Part shown: positions 38,087 through 47,832 of the stretch, piece after piece
How positions within the stretch are numbered: position 1 is the first letter of the stretch
How the letters are laid out: the number at the start of each line of letters is the position of its first letter
Position numbers and translations under genes: made by a program
Notes under the pieces: generated by a model
What the model saw: the letters and a program-made list of their open reading frames with translations, nothing else
Databases searched by the model: none
What the model was told of the DNA's origin: nothing
DNA from: Halarcobacter sp.
Lineage (GTDB): Bacteria; Campylobacterota; Campylobacteria; Campylobacterales; Arcobacteraceae
Length of the DNA stretch: 64,000 nucleotides
Assembly: GCA_048571215.1 (NCBI GenBank)
Contig: CP182352.1
Span: 2,304,001-2,368,000, forward strand
Reading direction: 5' to 3'

Positions 38087-39709
38087 ATGATATCTAATGT
38101 CTCGATACTAAAAAACATTACAATTCTATATGCTGAAGATGAAGCAGCACTTAGAGAAATAACCTTAAATATCCTAAAAGGCTTTACAAAAAAACAATTT
38201 GTGGCGGAAAATGGTGCCCAGGGGTTAGAGCTTTTTAAAAATAATGAATCAGAAATAGATTTAATTATCACTGATGTAAATATGCCTATAATGAATGGTT
38301 TGGAGATGATTAGGCAAATAAAAAAAATAAACCCAAATATCCCTATTATTGTTGCAACTGCCTTTTCAAATACTGAATATCTACTTGAAGCTATTGATAT
38401 TGGTGTTGATAAATATGTTCTAAAACCAATTGATATGAAAAAACTTTTACAACTTATGAGTCAATCACTACTTTATCATGAACTAAAAGATTTATATATT
38501 GATAACTTAACCCACTTACCAAATAGAAATAGATTAAAAAAAGATATAGAAGATTCTTCTGAAGGTTTAATGGCAATGATAAATATTGATAAGTTTTCTA
38601 CTATCAATGACCTTTTTGGTGAATCAAATGGAGATAAAGTATTAGTTGAGTTTTCAGATAACTTAAAAGAGTTCTTTAATAAAGAGGAATATACAGTTTA
38701 TAGAATTGAAGCAGATAAGTTTTTAGTTGTTTCAAAGGATTATACAAGAGATGTTCAAGAGCTTTATAATCTATGTAGAAAATTTGAAGAGTTTATTGAA
38801 GAGGATCCTGTTTATATTGATGAACATGAAATTGATTTAAATATCACTATTGGTATTGCTAAAAACTCTGATAACAATGCATATAAACACGTACAAAGGG
38901 TACTTTCATATGCAAGAAGAAAATTTGAACCAATCTTGATTTATAACGATTCTTTTAATATCCAAGAATCTTTTGAAGAGAATATCAAATGGATTAAAAA
39001 GATTAAAAATGGTGTAAAAAATGATAATTTTAAAGCATTTTTCCAACCAATTGTTGATACTCAAACAAAAGAGGTTTATAAATATGAGGCTTTAATTAGA
39101 TATATAGAAGAGGATGGAACAGTAATAAGTCCTTTTGCTTTTTTAGATATTGCAAAAAAAGCAAAACTATATCCTAATATCATTAGAATAATGATTCATG
39201 AAGCCTTTAATCTAATTAAAAACAAAAGAAAAAGAGTTGCTGTAAATATCTCCTTTGAAGATATCGCAAGTGCTCATACTATGGAGTATGTTTACTCTAT
39301 AATTGAAGAAAATAAAGATTATGCAGATCTATTAGAGTTTGAAATTTTAGAATCAGAAGAGATTTCAGACTTTAAAGAGGTTTTTAAATTTATCCAAAAA
39401 GTAAAAGATTATAAGATTAATGTTGGAGTTGATGACTTCGGTGCTGGTTACTCAAACTTTAATATGCTTATTAATTTAAATGTATCTTTTGTAAAAATAG
39501 ATGGTTCTTTAATCAAAAATATAGATACCTCTGAAAATCAAAGAATTATTGTACAAACTATTACAGAGTTTGCTAAAAAGTTTAATTTTAAAACTGTAGC
39601 AGAATTTGTATCAAGTGAAGAGATTTATAACACCATCAAGGAGATTGGGGTAGACTACTCACAAGGATACTACTTTGATGCACCAATTAGTTATGATAAA
39701 ATAGACTAA
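38087..39709 (+). CDS. Receiver + degenerate GGDEF + EAL protein
   Basis: AEDE/TDVNMP receiver, EADKF, YEALIR, DDFGAGYS. Confidence 0.9.
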   Translation: MISNVSILKNITILYAEDEAALREITLNILKGFTKKQFVAENGAQGLELFKNNESEIDLIITDVNMPIMNGLEMIRQIKKINPNIPIIVATAFSNTEYLLEAIDIGVDKYVLKPIDMKKLLQLMSQSLLYHELKDLYIDNLTHLPNRNRLKKDIEDSSEGLMAMINIDKFSTINDLFGESNGDKVLVEFSDNLKEFFNKEEYTVYRIEADKFLVVSKDYTRDVQELYNLCRKFEEFIEEDPVYIDEHEIDLNITIGIAKNSDNNAYKHVQRVLSYARRKFEPILIYNDSFNIQESFEENIKWIKKIKNGVKNDNFKAFFQPIVDTQTKEVYKYEALIRYIEEDGTVISPFAFLDIAKKAKLYPNIIRIMIHEAFNLIKNKRKRVAVNISFEDIASAHTMEYVYSIIEENKDYADLLEFEILESEEISDFKEVFKFIQKVKDYKINVGVDDFGAGYSNFNMLINLNVSFVKIDGSLIKNIDTSENQRIIVQTITEFAKKFNFKTVAEFVSSEEIYNTIKEIGVDYSQGYYFDAPISYDKID

Positions 39710-39736
39710 TATAGTAGAATCTATCTACTATATTAT
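39708..39736. terminator. Hairpin between convergent genes
   Basis: AATATAGTAGA-N5-TCTACTATATT. Confidence 0.55.
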
Positions 39737-39752
39737 ATCTCTACGAAAAAAA

Positions 39753-40523
39753 CTATTTTAATCTTCCCGTTATAAATCTAACTATTAAAAATACAACAAC
39801 AGAAAATCCAATAATAACAGCTGCTACAGGTGCAGAGAAACTTAAGCCATAAGAGTTAAATCTATCGAAAATAAGAACCGGTGTTGTCATAGGATGATAT
39901 ACAAGTATAACCACAGCTCCAAACTCACCTAAACCTCTACTCCACATCATAAGGGCACCATTTATAATATCTTTTTTTGCATTAGGTATGGTGATTCTAA
40001 AAAATACAGATATAGGATTAGCCCCTAATGTTCTTGCAACTTTTTCTAGTTTTACATCTACTTTTCTAAAACCATCTTTTGCAGAATTTATTAAAAAAGG
40101 AGCTGATAAAAACATCATTGCAATCATAATTCCATATTCAGTTCCTACAAACTCTATACCAAAGAACTTAAAAAAATCCCCAAGCATAGTATCCCCAAAA
40201 GTTGTCAAAAGTGCAATACCAGCAGCAGTATGGGGAATCATAATAGGTATATCTACAATTGACTCCAAAAGACTTCTTCCATAAAAGTCATATCTAGCGA
40301 TTATATATGCCAAAGGCAATCCCGTAAAAAGTACAAAAATCATAGCCCATGCTGATACCTTCATAGTAAGTAAAATAGAATCAATAACTTCACCATTTTG
40401 AATAGTCTCCATAAGTTTTGAACTTCCAACCCCAACAAACATCTTTAAAATGGGGATAGATAGAAAAAATATTATAATAAAACCTAAGCTTATTAAAGTG
40501 ATAATAAATGATTTATTTTTCAT
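39753..40523 (-). CDS. wtpB: Tungstate/molybdate ABC permease
   Basis: DIP...PHT.AGIALL, ARTLGA, R.LGEFGA. Confidence 0.8.
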   Translation of the reverse strand: MKNKSFIITLISLGFIIIFFLSIPILKMFVGVGSSKLMETIQNGEVIDSILLTMKVSAWAMIFVLFTGLPLAYIIARYDFYGRSLLESIVDIPIMIPHTAAGIALLTTFGDTMLGDFFKFFGIEFVGTEYGIMIAMMFLSAPFLINSAKDGFRKVDVKLEKVARTLGANPISVFFRITIPNAKKDIINGALMMWSRGLGEFGAVVILVYHPMTTPVLIFDRFNSYGLSFSAPVAAVIIGFSVVVFLIVRFITGRLK

Positions 40524-41506
40524 ATGAAACTTATATCCTTTCTATCAAATCCAATATTTATAATACTTCCATTATGGGCATAACACCCCTCATAATCCCT
40601 TTTAAGTATTTTTATAAAAAACTGGTGTTCATTTATATTTACAAAGAGTTTATAATGGTCTACTATTCCCATACACTCTTCAAGTTTTCCTTTAAAAATA
40701 TAATCACAAAAAAGCTCATCTTCAACAGAAACTTTTATTACATTTGGATCAACAGAAAAAAACTCAGAACTTGAAGCTTTATCAATAAAAGAAGCTGGAA
40801 AAATATTTTTAAATCCCAAAAATCTTGCAACATCTATATTATTAGGTTGATTTAATACCTCTTCCGCAACTCCTACTTGTTGTATTTTTCCATCCATCAA
40901 AATAGCTATCTTATCGGCTAAATATGAGGCTTCTCTAAAGTTATGCGTAACATGTATAGTGGTTAAGTCATATCTTTTATGAATATCTTTTAAACTTTTC
41001 ATAATAGAGTTTCTAAAAGTTGGGTCAATGGCACTTAAAGGTTCATCAAGAAGTAAAATCTTAGGTCTAGAAAACAAAGCTCTTGCTATAGCAACACGCT
41101 GTTTTTCTCCACCACTTAAGTTTTCAATCTCTCTTTTAAGTAATTTTTCAAGCTTTAAAAAACCTACTATATCATCAAATAACTCTTTTGATTTTTCTAT
41201 TTTTTTATATCGTGATGAAAATCTTATATTCTCTTCTACATTTAGGTTAGGGAAAAGTGCAAACTCTTGATATACAAAACCAACATCTCTTTTTTCAGGT
41301 GCAAAACTTACAATATCAATATCATGATGATATATACTTCCAGAACTTTCATTTAAACCAGCAATAGTCTCTAAAAGTCTAGTCTTTCCACTACCACTTT
41401 GCCCCAAAAGTACAAAATATTCATTTTTATCTATGTTTAGGTTTATATTATCAAGCAAGAAATTATCAATCTTGCTTGTTAATTTTTCTATTCTTAAATA
41501 ACTCAT
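40520..41506 (-). CDS. wtpC: Tungstate/molybdate ABC ATPase
   Basis: GQSGSGKT, LSGGEKQRVA; operon context. Confidence 0.78.
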   Translation of the reverse strand: MSYLRIEKLTSKIDNFLLDNINLNIDKNEYFVLLGQSGSGKTRLLETIAGLNESSGSIYHHDIDIVSFAPEKRDVGFVYQEFALFPNLNVEENIRFSSRYKKIEKSKELFDDIVGFLKLEKLLKREIENLSGGEKQRVAIARALFSRPKILLLDEPLSAIDPTFRNSIMKSLKDIHKRYDLTTIHVTHNFREASYLADKIAILMDGKIQQVGVAEEVLNQPNNIDVARFLGFKNIFPASFIDKASSSEFFSVDPNVIKVSVEDELFCDYIFKGKLEECMGIVDHYKLFVNINEHQFFIKILKRDYEGCYAHNGSIINIGFDRKDISFI

Positions 41507-42465
41507 TATCTTCCTATAATTGAAGCATCACCAGTGATAATTGGTGGGTTGATTACACCTTGACCATTTTTAGTCATAATAGCTTGTCCTTCAGGTGATA
41601 ATACAAAGTTTACAAACTTGATTGCACCATCTTTATTTTGAGGAGATTTTTTGTTTTGTGCAACTGTAATACCATAAACCATAGCTCCACCTTTTTTAGT
41701 GATAAGTTGTCCTGGTTTTTTTCCATCAATTTTAAATGATGCAGTTTTATAAAACTTAGCATTTTCATTATCTTTTAGTGAAACCTCTTTTGGAAGTGTA
41801 ATATATTTTAAACCATGTTGTTCGGCAACTGATTTATAAATATATAAATAATCATAAGCATTAGCTTCAATAAGTCCGAGTAAATCAGTCTCTTTTGGTC
41901 TTACTATAACTTTTTGTTTATTCTCTTCACCAACTTTATATGACTCGCCATATCCAAATAATTTATCATAAAATCCTGGCATTTTATAATATGATTCTGC
42001 TAGTTTTGTAACAAGCATTGATCTATATCCACAAGGGTCCATATTTGGATTTGAATGTCCAACTTTTACACCATCTCTTAGGAAAATCTCTGGCCAGTTT
42101 TGAGCATTGATTTCATTTGCATATTTTGCTTTAGGTGTATACGCTATTGCCATCTCATTTGTTGCAAATTGTGCATTAAATTTTGCATCTTTTGGGATAA
42201 GTAAATTATCAATCACTTTATAATCTGCACTTGCCATAACATCAGCAGCTTTACCAATCTCAGAGATTTTTCTAGCAGCTGCTCTACTTCCTGATGCTTC
42301 TCTTTGTACATCATATTGTGGATACTTAGCTTCAAAAGCTTTTTCAACTTGTGAGAATGGAACTGCTAAACTCCCTGCGTGAAATACTACTATTTTCTCT
42401 TTTGCCATAAGGCTACTTGCAACAACTGCACTTAATCCTAGTGTTAATAAGGTTTTTTTAATCAT
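41506..42465 (-). CDS. wtpA: Tungstate/molybdate-binding protein, WtpA type
   Basis: FHAGSL, ASGS, SADY, DPCGYRS, YKSVAEQH; start at the ATG with AGGAGA RBS. Confidence 0.85.
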   Translation of the reverse strand: MIKKTLLTLGLSAVVASSLMAKEKIVVFHAGSLAVPFSQVEKAFEAKYPQYDVQREASGSRAAARKISEIGKAADVMASADYKVIDNLLIPKDAKFNAQFATNEMAIAYTPKAKYANEINAQNWPEIFLRDGVKVGHSNPNMDPCGYRSMLVTKLAESYYKMPGFYDKLFGYGESYKVGEENKQKVIVRPKETDLLGLIEANAYDYLYIYKSVAEQHGLKYITLPKEVSLKDNENAKFYKTASFKIDGKKPGQLITKKGGAMVYGITVAQNKKSPQNKDGAIKFVNFVLSPEGQAIMTKNGQGVINPPIITGDASIIGR

Positions 42466-42493
42466 TTTTTCTCCTAATTTTAAATTTAATTTT

Positions 42494-43729
42494 TTAATTG
42501 TAAACATCTGATTTAAAACTTTTTAGTTTTAAACCAAAAGGGATAACTTTTATAATCTCCCCCTCTTTAACAAAATCTTTATCATCTAAAGTTATCATTG
42601 CACAATTACTTTCGATAATTGGCATCAACATCCCTGAACCATATTTATTATTTCTTGTTACATTAAACTCCCCATTTATTAGATTTCCTAAAACTACATT
42701 TGCTCTTTTTGGTCTAACTTTATACTCTTTGACATTTTTAGCATAAATGAAATCATGATAAAACTCACTACTCCCACTTATTTTATAAATAATTGGAAGG
42801 GCTAAAAGATAAGTATTAACCAAAGCTGTAAGTGGATTTCCAGGCATAGCCATAACAAATGTTTTATCCATCTTACCCATCATTGTTGGACGACCAGGTT
42901 TTACTTTTACCCCATGAAATTCAACTTCTAAACCATTTTCAATAAAAGCTTGTGCTATAAAATCTGCATCTCCCATAGAGATACCACCTGTAGTTATAAC
43001 AAGATCATAAGATTTTAAATTTGCAATGAATTCGATTGATTTTTCTAAGCTATCAGGAACAACTCCCACATAGGTTGCATCAAAATAATGCTCCTTTAAC
43101 ATAGAGATTATTGCATATGAGTTTGAGTTATAGATTTGATCCTCATTAGCACTTTCCCAAGGCTCTTTTAGCTCATTTCCAGTTGATAAAACAGCAATAC
43201 TTGGTTTTGAAAAAACTTCAATCATTGTGATACCTTGAGCTGCTAAAATTGCAACCATAGAAGAGTTTATTCTATCCCCTTTATTAAAGATTATTTCACC
43301 ATCTTTTTTCTCTTCACCCTTAGGTCTAAAATGGTTTCCTTTTTTTATATCATTTGGGAACTCAACATACTCTTCATCAAAACTAACAGTATCTTCAATA
43401 GGAACAATAGTATCCGCACCATTTGGAACTTTTGCCCCTGTCATAATTTTTACACACTCTCCATCTTCTACAACTCCAACATCACCCTCACCTGCAAATA
43501 CAACTCTTTTTACTTTTAATTTTTTTCCTGCATCACTTGCTTTAAAGGCAAATCCATCCATAGCTGAGTTATCAAAAGATGGAAGATTTTTTTTACATAT
43601 AATATCTTGTGAAAATACTCTTCCAATTGCATTTTCAATATTTATAAATTCAGTTCTTTTTATTACATTTGCAGCTTCCAAACCTATATTTACTGCACTT
43701 TTATAATCTAAATATGTAAGTTGTTTCAT
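42494..43729 (-). CDS. moeA: Molybdopterin molybdo-/tungstotransferase
   Basis: SAMDGFA, IMTGA, STGNEL, TTGGIS.GDAD, KPGRP, PGNP. Confidence 0.96.
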   Translation of the reverse strand: MKQLTYLDYKSAVNIGLEAANVIKRTEFINIENAIGRVFSQDIICKKNLPSFDNSAMDGFAFKASDAGKKLKVKRVVFAGEGDVGVVEDGECVKIMTGAKVPNGADTIVPIEDTVSFDEEYVEFPNDIKKGNHFRPKGEEKKDGEIIFNKGDRINSSMVAILAAQGITMIEVFSKPSIAVLSTGNELKEPWESANEDQIYNSNSYAIISMLKEHYFDATYVGVVPDSLEKSIEFIANLKSYDLVITTGGISMGDADFIAQAFIENGLEVEFHGVKVKPGRPTMMGKMDKTFVMAMPGNPLTALVNTYLLALPIIYKISGSSEFYHDFIYAKNVKEYKVRPKRANVVLGNLINGEFNVTRNNKYGSGMLMPIIESNCAMITLDDKDFVKEGEIIKVIPFGLKLKSFKSDVYN

Positions 43730-44697
43730 CCTAAAACCTTTATCTGTCTATATTTTTTATTGATTTTTTTTACTACATTTTTAATTGTTTCATCATCTAA
43801 TTCTTCACTAAAATCCAAACTAAGTCCCCATCTAGCTTCATTCTCTTTATATCCCATCTCTTGCAATACTCTAGAGGGTTTTAAAAGCCCTAAAGAGCAC
43901 CCCTCACCATTACTTAAAAAGATATTTTCTAAAGCTAGAGTTCTTATAATCTCTCTCATTTTTATACCTTTTAATCCTATATGTAAGGTATATTCTAAAG
44001 TTTTATTTTCATCTACGAATAGATATAAATCATCTTTAAATTGTTTTTTAAACTCATCTAAAAACTTATACTTTAAATCTAAATTAATACTTTGATTATT
44101 TAAAGCTTTTAAGCTTAGGTCCAAAGCTAAAAGATTGATTTGAGAGATTGACTGTTCTTCAAACTCATCTTCATATATAACAACACCCATACCACCTAAG
44201 CCACAAAGTTTATACGAATCTAAAAGATAAATATCACTATGTAAACTCATATTTGCACTTGCATTTGATATTAATTTTGCTTTTGTTTTCTCTTTGATTG
44301 ATTTTATATCCACCTTTATATAGGTATCTATAATATATGAAGAGATAAAAATAAAATCATATTTATCCAAATCTTTTTCTTCTAAAGTTCCATCTTTATT
44401 TATATTGATAAAACTAATATCCAAACCAAACTCTTTTGCCATAAGTCCTGCTTGAACTATATATTCACTTTCACCTAAACTAATAGCAATCTTCCCTTTT
44501 AGTTTTCTTATTAGAGCAAATAAACCCTCCTTTGAAAAGGAGATATTTTTTACCTTATTTAAAGAAAATTTTGTTTTATACTCACCCAAAAGTGAGTCAT
44601 ATATACTATTAACACTTAAAGGTTCTAAGGCATATTTTGAAACTTCAATTTTTTTTATTAAAGGATTAAATTGCAAACAATTAAACTTCATTTTCAT
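43726..44697 (-). CDS. Divergent cysteine desulfurase-like (class V PLP fold) protein
   Basis: SYKLCG (HK..G-like Lys), SNGEGCS (SxGSAC-like Cys), PSRVL..MG. Confidence 0.65.
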   Translation of the reverse strand: MKMKFNCLQFNPLIKKIEVSKYALEPLSVNSIYDSLLGEYKTKFSLNKVKNISFSKEGLFALIRKLKGKIAISLGESEYIVQAGLMAKEFGLDISFININKDGTLEEKDLDKYDFIFISSYIIDTYIKVDIKSIKEKTKAKLISNASANMSLHSDIYLLDSYKLCGLGGMGVVIYEDEFEEQSISQINLLALDLSLKALNNQSINLDLKYKFLDEFKKQFKDDLYLFVDENKTLEYTLHIGLKGIKMREIIRTLALENIFLSNGEGCSLGLLKPSRVLQEMGYKENEARWGLSLDFSEELDDETIKNVVKKINKKYRQIKVLG

Positions 44698-45058
44698 CTT
44701 TTTTTACTTCATTTAATAACATTTGACCATCTTTTATAAAAAGCTCATCAAATCTTTTTTTTGCAAATTGATTAATATCGTGTTGTAGTATTTTATATGC
44801 TTGGATTAGTTCTCGTGCCTTTGGTGTTAATTGTGTTCCACCATTACTTCCTTTATTAACCAACACTAAATCATCTGCAACATTTTCTTGTAAAATTTTT
44901 ATATGATTCCAAGCTTTTTTATAATTCATACCAACTTTTTCTGCCGCGTCTTTTATTGAACCTGTTTGGTCTATATACTCTAAGACTTCTGTTTTTCCAC
45001 CGCCAAAAATAAGATTTCTTAAATCATCTTCAATCCAAATTTTTACTTTTGCTTCCAT
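44681..45058 (-). CDS. ModE-family winged-helix regulator (no molybdate-binding domain)
   Basis: GSI..AA..VGMNYKKAW, GG..LT. Confidence 0.88.
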   Translation of the reverse strand: MEAKVKIWIEDDLRNLIFGGGKTEVLEYIDQTGSIKDAAEKVGMNYKKAWNHIKILQENVADDLVLVNKGSNGGTQLTPKARELIQAYKILQHDINQFAKKRFDELFIKDGQMLLNEVKKDENEV

Positions 45059-45444
45059 TTTTTTCTCCCTTCTTCAAAACAACCAAGCTGACAATAAGTT
45101 ACAAATAAATCAGTTTGATTTACCGTTGATCTAACTTTTTTCATACTACTTAGTTTTGCTTCTTCCCAGAGTTTAATACACTCAACTTTTTTATTATCAT
45201 CCCCATAAGATACAATTTTTTTATAAAGCTCTTTATCAACTTCACCTAACTCTTTATCCCCAAAAACTCCCAACTCACATTGACCAATTTTTATCTTTAA
45301 CTCATCTGTGATTTTTAACATACTTTTTGGGTCTATTTTTAATGATTTTGCTATTTGTAAAGCTTTGATACAAGGTAACTTTCCTTTTTCATTTACATTT
45401 TCTAAAATCATACTTTTTTCATGTTGCATTAAATTATTTTTCAT
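45043..45444 (-). CDS. Hypothetical protein with duplicated C..LG.F repeats
   Basis: LPC..A...KIGQCELGVF and C...CQLGCF; translationally coupled within the operon. Confidence 0.7.
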   Translation of the reverse strand: MKNNLMQHEKSMILENVNEKGKLPCIKALQIAKSLKIDPKSMLKITDELKIKIGQCELGVFGDKELGEVDKELYKKIVSYGDDNKKVECIKLWEEAKLSSMKKVRSTVNQTDLFVTYCQLGCFEEGRKKWKQK

Positions 45445-46225
45445 TTATTCTTCCTTGATGAGTATAAATATTCATCTTTTTACCCCTTGCAAATCCAATT
45501 AATGTTAAGCCATGATTATGTGCTGTTTGTACTCCAAGAAAGGTTGGTGCTGTTCTTGATACAATTATAGGAACTCTATGCATAACAGCTTTTACAACCA
45601 TTTCAGAACTTAGACGACCTGATACAAAAAGTACTGACTTTGTTGTATCTAAGCCTTGTAATTTACATTTTCCAACTACCTTATCAATAGCATTGTGTCT
45701 ACCTATATCTTCAGAGGTTATAGTAGTTCCATCTTCTAAATAAATCATTGCTTTATGAACACAACCTGTTAAGGTATAAAGTTCACTTTGGTCATAAAAT
45801 TTTTTTACTTCTTTACTTATTATTTCTGGTCTAATCACAAAACTTGTTTGGTTAAATGGAACTTCTACGCTTCCTGAAATATTTCCTGTAACTCCACCAC
45901 CACAACCACTTACAAGTGTTTTTTCTTTATATAGATTTTCTAAAGAGTCTTCATCAACTGCTGCTTTAATATCAACTCTTAATCCATCTTCACTTAATAT
46001 AATCTCTTCTACATCATCAAGAGATGATATTATATTTTCACTCATCAAAAAACCTAAAGCATGAGCTTCTTGATCTAAAGGGATACACATCATAGAGATT
46101 GCCTTATTCCCATTTAGATATACATTTAATCTAGCCTCTTCAATTGTTACATCTTCAACCTCAACAATCTCATCACCTAGAACTTTATCAATAATCACTT
46201 TTCTTAAATACTTTGTATTGTCCAT
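45434..46225 (-). CDS. fdhD: Formate dehydrogenase accessory sulfurtransferase
   Basis: SGCG, TGCVH, EDIGRHNAIDK, SGRLSSEMV.K. Confidence 0.96.
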   Translation of the reverse strand: MDNTKYLRKVIIDKVLGDEIVEVEDVTIEEARLNVYLNGNKAISMMCIPLDQEAHALGFLMSENIISSLDDVEEIILSEDGLRVDIKAAVDEDSLENLYKEKTLVSGCGGGVTGNISGSVEVPFNQTSFVIRPEIISKEVKKFYDQSELYTLTGCVHKAMIYLEDGTTITSEDIGRHNAIDKVVGKCKLQGLDTTKSVLFVSGRLSSEMVVKAVMHRVPIIVSRTAPTFLGVQTAHNHGLTLIGFARGKKMNIYTHQGRINEK

Positions 46226-46301
46226 TTTCCCTCTAATTCAAATATGCAAATTTTGCATATTTAAAAATATAAAAAAATTGCCTCCAAAAAGGAGACAAGT
46301 T

Positions 46302-47201
46302 TTATATTTCATTTTTCTTTTTTAATTTTTTATAAAAAGAACTGTGCAGGATTTCAACCTCTTCTTCCTCTTTATAACCAGTTATCATTGAATGTATTGC
46401 ACCTTTTATGGCAAATACTGACATATATATATGTGTTAAAAACAAGGCTAATACCGCCATACCTAAAACATTATGTACTATTGCACTTGCTCTTAAAAAG
46501 TCAATTTGTGAGATACCATTTGAGGCCAATATTTCAAGTTTAAAATCTTGAAAATACATAGCTGCACCAGTAGCAATCATCACAAAACCACCTAAGGTAG
46601 CTAACCAAAACCAAGTTTTTTGTCCTGCATTAAATTTACCTGCTGGAACTGGTTGTTTACTTTTATTTAAATATCCACCAACAATCATTAACCACTTTAT
46701 ATCATCCCAATGAAGGAACATCCATCTAGCCCACATAGTAAACATAGGAAATACACTAATTACAAATAAAAGTGTAGATACTGCATGAATCTCTTTACAA
46801 GCTCTAACAAACTCTCCACCACCAAATGTAGAACCAAACATCATCACTAAACCTGTTGGTACAAGTAAAATAAAAGCTATTGCAGCTATTGAATGGATGA
46901 TTCTATTAAACAGTGTAAAAACATAAATCTTTTTTCTATCATGGGAAAAAATCATTGGTCCAATTATTAGATAATGGATAAGAAAAACTGCCGGTACCCC
47001 TAAAAGTACTCCTAAAAATATAGGTTTAAAGTAAGTACTTTGTAAAAGTGTAAAGTAGTATCCTAAATGTAAAGAACCCTCTTTATCATAACCTGCTATA
47101 TTCGGTATCAAATCCTTACCAAAAATTGCACTATCAGCATTAGCACCAAAGGCTAATGTTGATAGAATCAATAAAGTAAGAATTGCATATTTAGTTTTCA
47201 T
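46302..47201 (-). CDS. fdhC: Formate dehydrogenase cytochrome b (gamma) subunit
   Basis: RIIH, GKFNAGQK, THIYM; follows fdhB. Confidence 0.92.
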   Translation of the reverse strand: MKTKYAILTLLILSTLAFGANADSAIFGKDLIPNIAGYDKEGSLHLGYYFTLLQSTYFKPIFLGVLLGVPAVFLIHYLIIGPMIFSHDRKKIYVFTLFNRIIHSIAAIAFILLVPTGLVMMFGSTFGGGEFVRACKEIHAVSTLLFVISVFPMFTMWARWMFLHWDDIKWLMIVGGYLNKSKQPVPAGKFNAGQKTWFWLATLGGFVMIATGAAMYFQDFKLEILASNGISQIDFLRASAIVHNVLGMAVLALFLTHIYMSVFAIKGAIHSMITGYKEEEEVEILHSSFYKKLKKKNEI

Positions 47202-47210
47202 ATCAATACC

Positions 47211-47822
47211 TTATTTATTTCCATACGCTGTACTCCAACCATATGGTTGGGTTTTTGGTCCATGGCCTGCTGATAAAACTCTTTGTCTATATATATTTGA
47301 TATCTCCATAGAATCACCAACAAGTAAAGCTTTTGTTGAACACATTGCTGCACAAGCAGGAACTTTTCCTTCAGCAATTCTATTTTGACCATATAGTTCT
47401 CTTTCATGTTCACTATTAGTTTCTAATGGACCACCTGCACACATAGTACATTTATCCATTGCACCTTTAGTACCAAATGCTCCATCTTGTGGAAATTGTG
47501 GCGCTCCAAAGGGACAAGCATATAAACAATATCCACAACCAATACATTTATCTTTGTCGTGAAGAACAATCCCATCTTCTCTAATATAAAAACAATCTAC
47601 TGGACAAACTTTTTCACAAGGTGCATCTGTACAATGCATACAAGCAATTGACAATGAATATTCTAGATTTTGAATACCTTCATTCATTGTAATAACTTTT
47701 CTTCTATTTATACCAGCTGGTAATTCATGTGCTTCTGCACAAGCAACAGAACATCCGTCACAAGAGATACATCTATTTTCATCACAATAAAATTTTAGTC
47801 TAGCATTTTCACTATTACTCAT
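47211..47822 (-). CDS. fdhB: Formate dehydrogenase Fe-S (beta) subunit
   Basis: Four Cys clusters (CISCDGC, CMHCTDAPC, CIGCGYC, CTMC). Confidence 0.95.
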   Translation of the reverse strand: MSNSENARLKFYCDENRCISCDGCSVACAEAHELPAGINRRKVITMNEGIQNLEYSLSIACMHCTDAPCEKVCPVDCFYIREDGIVLHDKDKCIGCGYCLYACPFGAPQFPQDGAFGTKGAMDKCTMCAGGPLETNSEHERELYGQNRIAEGKVPACAAMCSTKALLVGDSMEISNIYRQRVLSAGHGPKTQPYGWSTAYGNK

Positions 47823-47832
47823 CTTTGACCCC

